Of a stretch of 64,000 nt of DNA, positions 1-12,780 are shown piece by piece. Below the pieces are notes generated by a model that worked only from the letters and a program-made list of their open reading frames with translations, was not told the DNA's origin and searched no databases. The stretch is taken from the NCBI RefSeq assembly GCF_006345805.1, contig NC_042999.1, forward strand, positions 62,062,001 to 62,126,000, read 5' to 3'. The stretch's first letter is position 1. Each line of letters opens with the position of its first letter. This stretch comes from Octopus sinensis (taxonomy: Eukaryota). The position numbers and the translations under genes are program-made.

Positions 1-416
1 CAACACCACCAATAATAATAATAATAATAATTTTGGTACAAGGCCAGCAACATTAGGTGCAGGTGGGGTTAATTAATTACATCAACCTCAATACTTTGGC
101 CAGTAGTATATTTTATCAACCTCAAAGTAATGGAAAGCGAAGTTGGCTATGGCAGTATTTGAACTCAGAATGTCCAAAAAGATTTGGACTCACAACATTA
201 AGGAAACAAAGAAATAAATCAATTAAAAAATACCCGACAAAGCATTTGTCTGTTTCTCTTACCATTTCTACCACTCTTTTGTTCACAATAAAAATATCTG
301 ACATCATCAAAATTTAGAATGGCAAAAAAAAAATAAACAGCTTCCTGAAGAAAGAAATCCATCTGAAATTTCGGTGAAAGAAAAAAAAAAGATATCAAAC
401 TAATTTTAAGAAAATA

Positions 417-448
417 TCATAAGTTCTCCTCCTTTTGATGTAATCCTT

Positions 449-479
<31 letters not shown>

Positions 480-527
480 TTCTTTAAGATTTTCTCGTAG
501 TTTTCGCAGATTTATTTTACGGAATCT
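417..527 (-). CDS. MLH3: MLH3 last coding exon (111 nt including TGA)
   Basis: ttcatttttatag|AGA... encodes RFRKINLRKLRENLKE-Q11-GLHQKEENL*. KINLRKLR resembles the MLH3 terminal KPNLxKLR motif. This exon is absent from the supplied ORF track. Confidence 0.8.
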
Positions 528-1673
528 CTATAAAAATGAAAGCAAGAGGTGAGAATATGATTTTACAATTCTAATATCAAAAATTTACATACAGATTTTC
601 ATTTTTACAAACTAATTGTTAATGCTCTAGGCCATGGGTCCTCAACAGGAGTCCATATGACCCTTTAGGGTCCATGCAAGATTTTGTTGTTAAAAATTAT
701 GTGCAATAATTTGGTTATACTTCCACAATACACAAAATATTTTAACAATTCTTTTAATAGAATTCCTAATAATGTGCTAGCAGGGTGCCAAGAGCACCAT
801 CCGAGCGTGATTGTTGCCAGAGCAGCCAACAGGCTTCCATACCTGTGGAACGTAAAAGGGCACCATTTTTGTTGTTGTCACTTAAAGCATGTTGAACCCA
901 TGCTTCATACTTCTGCATATCAAAAGAAAAAATCCTTCTGATATTTTGATCCAATAAATTAAAGTACTAGGATTGATATATAATCAACTCAAAGCCTCTG
1001 AAGGTGATGCCCCAGCATGGCCACAGTTCACTAATCGAAGTCAGTAAAAAGAAATAAAATGAAAGCATTAATTCATTACAACTTACCTACTCTCACATGC
1101 AAACATGCTTACAGACACAAACACACAAACATACACACAAACGCACACACAAACACTCATATATACACACACATATATACATACATGGAGTTTTCTTGAA
1201 TACAATAGTCAAGTAGCTCCTCTTCAGTTTCTGCCTACCAAATTCACTCAAAGCACTGGTTGACCAGGGGTTATAATAGAAGACACTTGCTCTATGTGCC
1301 ACACAGCAAGATTAAACCTGGAAAGCAAGCCTTTCAAACACAGAGAGAGAGTGTGTGTGTGTGTGAGAGAGAGAGAGAGACAGACAGACAGGCAGAGTAG
1401 GAATGTTTACATTCCTAGGCCTTGGATGAAAGCACTGAACAAAAACCAAATATTTGTTGACATTCCCAACCAATAAATCACCCTGTAGTTGTGCTTTCAA
1501 TGACCTGTGGTAAAGAAAGTCAATTACTTGAAAAGCAGATAAGAATTAGAAACATGGACAGCATCTGGTTGCAAAACGATGCCTCAATTGGTACTCATCC
1601 AACAAACACGCCCACAGGCATACATGACATTCATATTTCTGGCTCTATTTTACTTTCTTTACAAACAACTTAC

Positions 1674-1831
1674 CGATTTTTCAAGGCTATTTTTAAAATA
1701 TTGAAGATTAAGCAGAGGGATCATAGATGGACGCCCATGAGCACACTGAAATGGTAGTTTACATTTTAGCAGCATCTGCATCAAATCCTTACATTCCTTC
1801 AGTGTTAAGACCGTACCAAATTTAATGGCAG
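1674..1831 (-). CDS. MLH3: MLH3 coding exon 11 (158 nt)
   Basis: ttttcag|CT GCC...TCG|gtaagt encodes (T)AIKFG...CKLPFQCAHGRPSMIPL (CxHGRP motif). Phase 1 to 0. Confidence 0.95.
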
Positions 1832-2059
1832 CTGAAAAGAAAAAAAAAGACAAACAATACAATTTGCGATGCTGTCAAAATTTCAGCAGAGTATATTCTT
1901 GAGAGTAGGGACTCAATCCATACCAGTGATCTTTGCTGGTGCCATGTAAAAGCACCCGTGCCAGTACCATGTAAAAGCACTAATGCAGGTGTCACACCAA
2001 AGACACCCAGCACACTCTGTAAAGTGGTTAGCATCAGGGAGAGCATTATTAATCTCAAG

Positions 2060-2447
2060 GAGGCGCAATGGCCCAGTGGTTAGGGCAGTGGACTTGCGGT
2101 CGGAGGACTGCAATTTCGATTCCCAGACCGGGCGTTGTGTGTGTTTATTGAACGAAAACACCTAAAGCTCCACAAGGCTCTGGCAGGGAGTGGTGGCGAC
2201 CCCTGTTGTACTCTTTCGCCCCAACTTTCTCTCACTCTTTCTTCCTGTTTCTTGTCCCCGACTTCCTACACAACCGCTGAGCCTGGATGCGCATTCATCC
2301 ATCCGTTGATGCTCTCGGTGTCGGGGGGGTTGACCTGCTTTCTCTTCTGTGGGTCTTACGAATAGCAAAGGACCACGTTTTGGACTTCTCCCATCTTGCG
2401 AGCTCTGGGACGAAGACCGTTCGCTCAACAGCAACAGCAACAGCATC
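2060..2447 (+). mobile_element. tRNA-derived SINE (family D) with TSD
   Basis: A box TGGCCCAGTGG, B box TTTCGATTCCC, (CAACAG)n tail. TSD AATCTCAAG at 2051-2059 and 2448-2456. Inserted into an RTE tail. Confidence 0.9.
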
Positions 2448-4167
2448 AATCTCAAGAAACCATGTTAAAACAGACAACTGGAACTTGGGCAGCTCTCAAG
2501 CTGACCAGCTCCTGTCAAACCATCCAATCCATGCCAGCACGGAAAATGATGTGAAATGATGATAATGATGATTTATTGAACTCCCACACAATTACAGGTA
2601 ATATTTTGAAAATTTGCTACTGCTACCATATTCGATGGCATAAAAGACATTCAGGCATATAAGATGTGCACCAATTTCAGCAGCATATATTCAAGAATAA
2701 AAGCTTTTAGTGCATTAAAGCAATATAGACTGAACTTCACATACAGCACCTGGGGTGGTTTTTCTGAGACATTATTTGGGGAGAAAATAAAAGAGCGTCT
2801 TATATACCATAAAATGAAGTTTTATGCTGAAGGACTTTAGTATTTCCACACTGAACTGCTACAGTTCAATAAAGAAAGCAGACATTACTTTTTGCAACCC
2901 CTTAATTTCTCCTTACATTTCACAACTTCATCAACTTTATTTGCAATTTACTGAGCATGGCTGTTGCCAGTACCGCTTGACTGGCCCTCATGCTGGTGGC
3001 ACGTAAAAGCACCTACTACACTCTCGGAGTGGTTGGAGTTAGGAAGGACATCCAGCTATAGAAACTCTGCTAGATCAGATTGGAGCCTGGTGCAGCCATC
3101 TGGTTTGCCAGACCTCAGTCAAATCGTCCAACCCATGGAAAGCGGACGTTAAATGCTAGCATGGAAAGTGGACGTTAAACGATAATGATGATTATGATCA
3201 TGATGATGACGATCCTTGCATCATATTTCCGATTTCAACAAATAAGGGCCTTGCCTTAAATGTCAGAACCAACCTATTTTCACAGAATCAAAGTTACATA
3301 ATTTTACAAACAAATTTCATGAATCTTCATTTTTTTTTTTTTGGCCAAACCAGACCATCACTAGTTTCTTTGGACATGGTTCTTCCTAATACCAAACACT
3401 TTACTGTGTATATTCAATGCTCTTTTCATGCCACCAACACTAGTATGGTGATCAAGTTGCAAGACAGGAAAAGAACAGGAAAAAGTGCCCTCAGCTAAGT
3501 TGGGAGTCAGAGTATTTGAGAGGAGGAAGTGACTTTATGATAGGTGTTTAGAGGCTAAATCTTGGGAGACAAACACAGATACATGCCTGAGGATTGCATG
3601 AAGGCACCAGACATGTTATAAAATACCATCTGAGTTGTTTTTGTCACATGAAACTATTAGTAAAGAATTATATACTGTACTTATTAAATATTTATCTCTC
3701 ACCAGATGGAATACTTTTCTTGTTGATCTTACATCACAAAACAATATGCTATTTGTGTGTGTGTGAGAGAGAGAGAGGGCCTTCTTTTCATTTCTTATTT
3801 CTTTATTGCCCACAATGGGCTAAACATAGGGGGGACAAACAAGGACAGACAAAGGGATTAAGTCGATTACATCGACCCCAGTGTGTAACTGGTACTTATT
3901 TAATCAACCCCAAAAGGATGAAAGGCTAACTTGACCTCGGTGGAATTTGAACTCAGGACATAGTGGCAAACGAAATGCCGTTAAGCATTTCAGCCGGCGT
4001 GCTAACATTTCTGCCAGCTCACCTTCTTGTCGTTTCTGTCTACCAAATCCACTTCTATTTTTTTTAAGATAGTAAAATATGACTCGAGTAAAACTTGGCA
4101 ACTATTATTAGCAGACTGAGTAACCACATGGAGCCCCCACCCCCACACCATCTTCCTCATTAGTTGT

Positions 4168-4275
4168 GTCCTATACAGGCTTATACAGCAGGCCTAAAAG
4201 TACTGCCCCCATAAAAGTATTGCCCAGAGCAGACTGATTCTGCCCTTCCCCCAGCAATGCTAATGTCATGGCAGA
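4168..4275 (+). repeat. Unclassified ~105-bp repeat with a direct partner at 9472-9575
   Basis: cctatacagg.ttatacagcag.c.taaaag.a.tgc.cccataaaagt.ttgc.cag is shared. Confidence 0.75.
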
Positions 4276-4289
4276 TATTTCATTACAAT

Positions 4290-4549
4290 AAAAATAATAA
4301 ATGCGCCCTTTTAAAGCCTAGCCAGACTCATGGGCCCGGTTTCTCGGTTTCAATGGCATAAGTGTTCCCCAGCTGGACGGGACGCCAGTCCATCACAGCG
4401 TTACTCATTTTTGCCAGCTGAGTGGACAGGAGCAACGTGAAATGAAGTGTTTTGCTCAAGAACACAATGCATCACCCGGTCCAGGAATCGAAACCACAAT
4501 CTTACGATCATGATGCTGACACCCTAACCACTGAGCCATGCGCCTCCAC
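4290..4549 (-). mobile_element. tRNA-derived SINE with a V-domain-like core and TSD
   Basis: Head GGAGGCGCATGGCTCAGTGG, core CTTGAGCAAAACACTT...GATGGACTGGCGTCCCGTCCAG. TSD ATTTCATTACAAT at 4277-4289 and 4550-4562. A related-core element lies at ~26750-27065(-). Confidence 0.88.
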
Positions 4550-4638
4550 ATTTCATTACAATGGTGTGGTTAAAATAGAGGGCTGAATAATTAATGTAAT
4601 ACAGGTGGTGGGAGTGGGTGATTATAACATTTACTTAC

Positions 4639-4717
4639 TGTGACAGGCTTGAGAACATAGAACATTATGAATAGTTTTTGGTAGTGATCCTCTGGAACCA
4701 TGTGTATCTTGGAGAAG
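4639..4717 (-). CDS. MLH3: MLH3 coding exon 10 (79 nt)
   Basis: tcttcag|CTT...CAC A|gtaagt encodes LLQDTHGSRGSLPKTIHNVLCSQACH (AC[H/R] zinc-ligand motif). Phase 0 to 1. Confidence 0.92.
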
Positions 4718-6283
4718 CTGAAGAGAGAAATATAAAGGAAGTAAATTTATTTAACTTTTTACTATTTAACCCTTTAGCATTCGTGGCTGTGTGGTAAGTG
4801 GCTTGCATATGAACCACATGGTTCCAGGTTCATTCTCACTGCATGGCACCTTGGGCAAGTGTCTTCTACTATAGCCTCGGGCCAACAAAAGCCTTGTGAG
4901 TGGATTTGGTAGATGGAAACTGAAAGAAGCCTGTCATATATAAGTATATATGTGTGTGTGTTTATGTGTCTGTGTTTGTCTCCCCAACATCGCTTGACAA
5001 CCAATGCTGGTGTGTTTACGTCTCCGTAACTTAGCAGTTTGGCAAAAGAGACCTATAGAATAAGTATTAGGCTTACAAAGAATAAGTCCTGGGGGTCAAT
5101 TTGCTTGACTGAAGGTGGTGCTCCAGCATGGCCGCAGTCAAATGACTGAAACAAGTAAAAGAGTAAAGAGAATGTAATGCTTATTTATTCACATTGTTAT
5201 GCCTTAATCCTGCATTACCGTGCAGCCCTGAGATTTCGTGTGTGTGTGTGTATATATATATATATGACCAGATGCCCTTCCTGTTGCCAACCCTCACCTG
5301 TTTCCAAGCAAGGGAATACTTCCCAATGGCTGAGCATATTTACATAGAAGATTTGAACCTAAGTACATACACACACACATACATACATATTTGTATAAAT
5401 AACACACACACTAATATATATATATATATATATATATAATAGGTGCAGGAGTGGCTGTGTGGTAAGTAGCTTGTTTACCAACCACATGGTTCCGGGTTCA
5501 GTCCCACAGCGTGACGCCTTGGGCAAGTGTTTTCAACTATAGCCTCGAGCCGACCAAAGCCTTGTGAGTGGATTTAGTAGACGGAAACTGAAAGAAGCCC
5601 ATTGTATATATGTATATATATATGCGTGTGTGTGTTTATGTGTCTGTGTTTGTCCCCCTAGCATTGCTTGACAACCGATGCTGGTGTGTAAATGTCCCCG
5701 TTACTTAGCGGTTCGGCAAAAGAGACCGATAGAATAAGTACTGGGCTTACAAAAGAATAAGTCCCGGGGTTGAGTTGCTCGATTAAAAGCGGTGCTCCAG
5801 CATGGCCGCAGTCAAATGACTGAAACAAATAAAAAGAGAAAAAGAGAGAGAGAAAGATATATATATACATCACTAAAGTGACAAAGGGCACTAATCAACA
5901 CTAGTATTGCTAGAACTAAGAGTCAAAACAATTCAAAAGCCACAGAGGCATTACCTTAATAACAGACAAGTGAGGCAAGCCCCAGGAGCAGATACAGCCA
6001 GATCATCTATGATTTTGCTCATCTTAATGTTCATCAGTGGCTCTCACTATGCCTAGGGTTAAACTCAACTCACTGACTTTATAAATGGTATAATTGAAAG
6101 TTATATATAATATGGGTGGTTAATTTGAAATTTTACAACCAAAAGGTAGAAATATAAATATCACTAACAGAGGCCATTGTCACTTTAGTGCCATACATAT
6201 TTCTACCTTTAGGTTGTAAAATTGCGATTTAACCACCCATATCAAATATATATATACACATGTATGTATACACACAAACCCAC

Positions 6284-6326
<43 letters not shown>

Positions 6327-6552
6327 TATGTATGTATACACACTCATATATATATATATATATATAAATGGAATTTATTCAAATTTAACTCTATATATAT
6401 ATATTATACAAAATATTTCACATAAACCCGAAGTTTCTACCTTTAAAAACAAGGAGTTACAACCTTTTTATTCGTGTGATTTTTTTGCTACCCTGGTAAC
6501 TATATATCTATTTTTTTCTGTGTTAATTTTAACAAGGGAAAAATACATACAT

Positions 6553-6593
<41 letters not shown>

Positions 6594-6823
6594 CATGCAT
6601 GTGCACACATAGATACAAACACAAACACATATATACACATATATATTGCATACATACACACATTCATCTATACACCAATTTTAAAAAACAATGAAATCCA
6701 TATACCGATCTTTTAGTACTGTATTGTTTTGATTATTATTGAATGGTGTCTAATATGTGGGCCTGTGTATGAGAGTATATAAATACACACTCATATATAT
6801 GTATATGTGTATTTTTGTATATA

Positions 6824-6886
<63 letters not shown>

Positions 6887-7144
6887 GCATGTATGTATGT
6901 ATAAATCCATTTAATTATCTAGTTAGTGTATTGTATTAAAACCTGTTGCTATTAGCTGAACACAATGTAAAACTGGGTGTAACTAGAACATAATCAAAAC
7001 TTCATTTTCATACTGTTGCATTGTGACAATGGAAAGTCATGTAATATTGTTTAACATTTCATTATGACTAATCTACATAAAGACCCCACCAACTAAGTGC
7101 AGCAACCTCAATAAGTAAATACTCATAGATTGCTAGTGCTATCT

Positions 7145-7265
7145 GCATATATTAGAGAACTAAACCATTACATGATCTCTGCATACAGTTAGATGAATGG
7201 GGGTCATCGAAAATCAAGCGCTCTTGCCATGAATTATCTCACTGAAGTGCCAGCTACAAGGAAAA
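7145..7265 (+). repeat. Unclassified ~120-bp repeat with an inverted partner at 8679-8799
   Basis: gcatatatt.g.gaactaaaccatt...aaaatcaag.gctcttg...actgaagtgc..agctacaaggaaaa is shared in opposite orientation. Confidence 0.75.
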
Positions 7266-7996
7266 AAAATTCAATTCTCACCCTCTCTTTACATCTATCA
7301 CATAATGTCAAAACAAGGGTACACACAAACACACACACACACACCTATACAAATACAAACGGTTTCTTTTAGTTTCCAACTACCAAATCGACTCACAAGC
7401 CTTTGGCTGACCTTGAGACTATAACAGAAGACACTTGCCACAGGTGCCATGCAATGAGAGTGAACCCAACACCCCCATGGCTGAGAAGTGTTCACACAGC
7501 CATACCTGCACCAATTATAATTTAGTAATTTCATCATAATTTAGCAACTACACTCTCGGAGTGGTTGGCGTTAGGAAGGGCATCCAGCTGTAGAAACTCT
7601 GCCAAATCAAGATTGGAGCCTGGTGCAGCAACCTGGTTTGCCAGCCCTCAGTCAAAATCGTCCAACCCATGCTAGCATGGAAAGTGGACGTTAAACAATG
7701 ATGATCATCATCATGGAAGTGACATTTTAGTAGTCTAAAAAAACATAAAACTATTCCAAGCACTTTTCATTTATTTCTTGAGATATCAAAATTTTCATTG
7801 CACAACTGCACCCTGGTCACCAAGACCATTTCACTGACACTGTATCAGGGACAAAGTTGCAGTTACTTATTTAAACCTTCTGCTGCCTATGAAGCATACA
7901 CTCTTGATAACTTTTCTCAAATGCTCTCAATTCTGGAATATCTTTTCTGCTGCTTTTCAGTTGGATTGCTGCTTTTTTAGCTCTACCTCAGTATCC

Positions 7997-8030
<34 letters not shown>

Positions 8031-8537
8031 GTCGTCGTCTGCTTTCCATGCTAGCATGGGTTGGACAATTTGACTGAGGACTGGCAAACAAGGTAGCTGC
8101 ACCAACTTCCAATCTTGTTTCTACAGCTGGATGCCCTTCCTAGTGCCAACCACTCCGAGAGTGTAGTGGGTGCTTTTACGTGCCACCAGCACAAGGGCCA
8201 GTCAGGCAGTACTGGCAACGGCCACGTTCAAATGGTGTCTTTTACATGCCACGTGCACCAGATATTTTGGTGGGACATTTTCTCTTCTGCCTCCCTTGTG
8301 GATTTATATTTTTTCCCGAGTGAACACCTTCCTCTCCCAGGTCTTGTTGGCTTTGAAATGTCATTGATGCTTCAGTAACTTTGCTTTTTTTTTTTTCTAG
8401 GCAGCAGTTTTGGCCCTGTGTAAACCTATTTTAACCTCTAGAAAGAGGTAGCCATTATTAATCTGGCTTCTGTTCTTTCACCTGCCCAGCATGAGAAACC
8501 CTATCAGGAGTTTCCCCTCCTATAGAAAGAACCCCTT

Positions 8538-8580
<43 letters not shown>

Positions 8581-9033
8581 TGTGTGTGTGTGCATGTACC
8601 TTTGTTATAAGATTATGTGATGCTTGTAAAGAGAGGATGAGATTCAAAATTTTTTTTATTCTTCAAGAATCAAGATTATTTTCCTTGTAGCTGAGCACTT
8701 CAGTAAGATAGTTCGTGTCAAGAGCACTTGATTTTTGATGATCCCATTCACATAATTGTATGCAGGGACCGCAGAATGGTTTAGTTCACCAATATATGCT
8801 GGCATAGTTCTCAGGGTCATTGAAGCATGTAAGCCACTACACTGAAACAAGGACTGGATCACGCATGTTCAAAACTTTCAAGACCACAAAAAATAATTTA
8901 TTTTTTTGTGTGTTGCTAGGGGGTTAAAATGGTTGCTGCACCATGCATTTGCATCAGTTTCAAAACACGGTCTCAAATCAAATCACTTGTTAGACAAATA
9001 CAACTTCAAAATATGAAAATTTAGTTTACTTAC

Positions 9034-9057
9034 TTCAATTTGTTCTTTGATTAAAGT
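9034..9057 (-). CDS. MLH3: MLH3 coding exon 9, 24-nt micro-exon
   Basis: Strong polypyrimidine tract, tttag|ACTTTAATCAAAGAACAAATTGAA|gtaagt, encodes TLIKEQIE. It corresponds to vertebrate EFIREQLE (recalled, not searched). Phase 0-0. Confidence 0.88.
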
Positions 9058-9651
9058 CTAAAAATGAAAAGGAAAATAGAAACAGGATAATTTAAGATTA
9101 TTTCATTCATAATCATATAATAAATGTACAAGCAGCACAACATGGGCAAGGAAAGTACTTGTCCATAGTTTTCTATTTAAAAATGAAAGTAGATGAAATA
9201 GAAAATTCAAAAAAACATATCAAAAATAACATGGAAAAATTATGATTTCAAGTTCTTTATTTCATTTTATTCATTTATGTGTTTCAGCATAAAGGCTGTG
9301 ACCATGCTGGAGCAAGATAATTAGAAATCAACAGTAACTATTCTCCTAAAATTAAAAGGAATCAAGAAGGAATAATTTACAATGTCCCTGACACAGTAAC
9401 TTAGCATGAGTGTGTGTGAACCAGGGCAGCTCTTGAGTATTCCCATTGTCACTAGCTCCCCACCACCCAAGCCTATACAGGGTTATACAGCAGACTTAAA
9501 AGCATTGCTCCCATAAAAGTGTTGCTCAGAACAGATTGGTTCCTCCCCTCCTCCGGCAATGCTACTGTCGTAGCAAACACTCACACATATATGTATGAGT
9601 GATTGCTTTCCATTGCCATCTACCAAATCTACTGACAAGGCTTTTGTTAGC

Positions 9652-10440
9652 CAGGAGGCTGCACCAGGCTCCAGTCTGATCTGGCAGTGTTTCTACACCT
9701 GGATGCCCTTCCTAACGCCAACCACTCCAAGAGTGTAATGGGTGCTTTTTTACATGCCACCAGCACAGGGGCCAGAGGAGGCTGGTAACAGCCACAATTG
9801 GTTGGTGCTTTTTACGTGCCACCGGCACGGAAGCCAGTCAAGGCAGAGCTGGCATGTAACTTTTTATTTGATAGAAGAAATAAGGACAAGTCTTCTCAAG
9901 CACAGCAAATCACCAAAGGTCTCAGTCACTTGGTCTGTGAGGCCCAAAGTTCAAAGATCATGTTTCACCACCTCATCCCATGTCTTCCTGGGTCTACCTC
10001 TACCACAGGTTCTCTCCAGTAAGAGAGCAGAACTTCTTTACACAACTGTCCTCATCCATATGCATCACATAACCACACTAGAGCAGTTGTCTCTGTTGCA
10101 CACCAAATCTGATGCCTCTTCTGCCCAACTTTTCTCTCAAGATGCTTGCACTTTGTTGAACATGCACACTGACATTGCACATCCAGCAGAGCATACTGGC
10201 TTCATTTCTTTCAAGCCTCCACATGTCCTCGGCTGTCACAGCCCATATTTCACTGTTGTGTAGCCTAGCTGTTTGCGCACAGGCATCATACAATCTGCCT
10301 TGCACTCTAAAAGAGAGGCCCTTTGTTGCCAGCAGTGGTAGGAGCTCACTGAATTTTGCCCAGTCTAATCTTTGCTCTTGAAGCATCCACCTCTGCTACT
10401 AACCTGGTCACCTAGATAACAGAAGCTATCAACTACCTCT
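9652..10440 (-). mobile_element. RTE-clade LINE 3' fragment with 3'UTR
   Basis: Encodes KFSELLPLLATKGLSFRVQGRLYDAC...LHNSEIWAVT...RLERNEASML, then GRGRPRKTWDEVV, and runs into the UTR that is also found as free copies. Confidence 0.85.
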
Positions 10441-10777
10441 AGCTTACCCCACTGGCAGTTGATGGAGTCTATTTTCTGTACATTTTTGGTGTTTATTGTA
10501 CCTGTGCATCTTCCACACACAAAAGCTATTTTCCCTGTTAACCTTCCTATGATATTGCTGCACCTCTTATGTGTCCATAGCTTACATTGGGTACATCTTA
10601 TGGAGTACCTATGCCTCTTCTACAGATTGACAGGGCTATCTACCTGAAGGGATTTGGAATTTGTCTGCCTTCCTACTTACTAAGACTTTGGTTTTTGTTA
10701 GGTTGTGTGTGTGTGTGTGTGTATCTAAATAAATGTTACAATTTCCTTGCAACCATTGCAGGTGTTATCCTTCATTT

Positions 10778-10820
<43 letters not shown>

Positions 10821-11073
10821 TTGTTTAATGGGCTTCTTTCAGTTTTCATCAACCAACTCCACCCACAATACTTTAGTCAATCCAGGGCCTAGCAGAAGAC
10901 ACTTGCCCAAGGTGCCACACAGTGGGACTAAACCCAAGGCCACACGATTGGGAAGCAAGCTTCTTAACCACACAGCCATGCCTCGACCTACCAGCATCAA
11001 AACAAAAAAATAACAGTACAAAAATAAAAACAAAAACAAAACACAACCGACATAGAAGAGTTCTTTTCCTCAC

Positions 11074-11201
11074 CTGCAGCAGCTCTTCAATGACAGAGCG
11101 ACGATTGTACTTCCTCTCACTTGCTTCCCGAGTTACAATACAGGATGGTGCTGTGTGAACTTCAATACTGTTATCTCCTGTTGACATGGTCAACCCTATG
11201 C
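11074..11201 (-). CDS. MLH3: MLH3 coding exon 8 (128 nt)
   Basis: ccctag|GC...CAG|gtgagg encodes (G)IGLTMSTGDNSIEVHTAPSCIVTREASERKYNRRSVIEELLQ. Phase 1 to 0. Confidence 0.85.
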
Positions 11202-11383
11202 CTAGGGTTAACAAGAGAGGAAATTACTTTAACAAAAAACATTTGTCTTTCATTTGTCAGGCTGAAGAAGACATTAGGCTTACTTTGGACAAGATCAATG
11301 TTACGCAACCTTTTCAATCTTGGGGAAGCCTTGAAAGATAATATTCCTTGTCACAGGGATCATCCTCACTTGCCAAAGGTACC

Positions 11384-11794
11384 TATTTCTTTACTACCCA
11401 CAAGGGGCTAAACACAGAGGGGACAACAAGGACAGACAAACAGATTAAGTCGATTATATTGACCCCAGTGCATAACTGGTACTTATTTAATCAACCCAGA
11501 AAGAATGAAAGGCAAAGTCAACCTCGGCGGAATTTGAACTCAGAACGTAGCGGCGGACGAAATACCTATTTCTTTACTACCCACAAGGGGCTAAACACAG
11601 AGGGGACAAACAAGGACAGACAAACGGATTAAGTTGATTACATCGACCCCAGTGCGTAACCGGTACTTAGTTTATCGACCCCGAAAAGATGAAAGGCAAA
11701 ATCGACCTCGGCAGAATTTGAACTCAGAACATAATGGCAGACGAAATACGGCTACGCATTTCGCCCAGCTTGCTAACGTTTCTGCCAGCTCGCC
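11384..11794 (-). mobile_element. SINE family B head-to-tail dimer
   Basis: Core GCCTTTCATC...GGTCGAT...GTACC. Two monomers joined at ~11564 and flanked by GCCAAAGGTACC (11372-11383 and 11792-11803). Confidence 0.88.
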
Positions 11795-11912
11795 AAAGGT
11801 ACCAAAGCTTCTTAGTCACAGAGCAATGTCAGTAATTGTCTTCATTTCAAAGAGCAAATACAAAGAAACATGAAAATGTTAGGGCAATGTAACACAAAAC
11901 AAACATACATAC

Positions 11913-12053
11913 CAATTTTGAGAAACTCAGGAAAGAAAGACTGAATCATTCTCATTTCACGGTCAGAAAATGATAAAACTAAAGGTGGAACTATATTCGA
12001 GTAACTTATTCTTCTGGGAGTATCACCATTAGTGTCTTCGGTTTGGTACATTT
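11913..12053 (-). CDS. MLH3: MLH3 coding exon 7 (141 nt)
   Basis: ttttcag|AA ATG...ATT G|gtatgt encodes (E)MYQTEDTNGDTPRRISYSNIVPPLVLSFSDREMRMIQSFFPEFLKI, consistent with the regulatory subdomain. Phase 1-1. Confidence 0.85.
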
Positions 12054-12376
12054 CTGAAAATTATAAAGACAAACACACAATTCACATCGCAATTAAGATA
12101 CATAATCTTTTTATTTAAGAGAAGTAAAGATTGTTTTAAAGATGTGGCTTTAGAGTTTTTAGCATATCAAATGATTTTTGTAGAAAGTTACTTGTCATCA
12201 GATAGCACTAAACGTTCAAATAAAAAAATTTCAGTGTGTGTGTATCAGAGAGAGTGTGTGTGTTTGTGCGTACCCTTGTCTCATATAGACTTCAACTGTA
12301 TTGTTGGGCTGACCAAAGCCTTATGAGTAGATTTAGTAGATGACAACTGAAAGATCTTCATATATAAATATATATA

Positions 12377-12780
12377 GGCGCAGAAGTGGCTGTGCAGTAA
12401 GTAGCTTGCTTACCAACCACATGGTTCCGGGTTCAGTCCCACTGCTGTGGCACTTTGGGCAAGTGTCTTCTACTATAGCCACGGGCCGACTAAAGCCCTG
12501 TGAGTGGATTTGGTAGACAGAAACTGAAAGAAGCCCGTCGTATATATGTATCTATATATATGTATGTGTGTCTGTGTTTGTCCCCCAACATCGCTTGACA
12601 ACCGATGCTGGTGTGTTTACATCCCTGTAACTTAGCGGTTCAGTAAAAGAGACCAATAGAATAAGTATTAGGCTTCCAAAGAATAAGTCCTGGGGTCGAT
12701 TTGCTCGACTAAAGGTGGTGCTCCAGCATGGCCACAGTCAAATGACTGAAACAAGTAAAAGTAAAAGAGTAAAAGAGAAA
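12377..12780 (+). mobile_element. tRNA-derived SINE family A (CORE-like CCTTGGGCAAGT, internal TA/TG microsatellite, GAGTAAAA tail), representative copy
   Basis: Near-full copies at 4783-5170(+), 5441-5845(+), 12377-12780(+), 17176-17554(-), 18857-19290(-), 28778-29194(-), 46081-46538(-), 48728-49060(+) and 62001-62400(-). Partial copies near 1215, 7375, 10825, 15040, 16435, 25885, 54105, 55495, 55790 and 58440. Confidence 0.9.

Noticed and set aside
2060-2135. tRNA-like sequence here and at other SINE heads
   Set aside because: A and B boxes are present, but each continues into a SINE body with a tail and often a TSD. No complete cloverleaf, so these are not tRNA genes.
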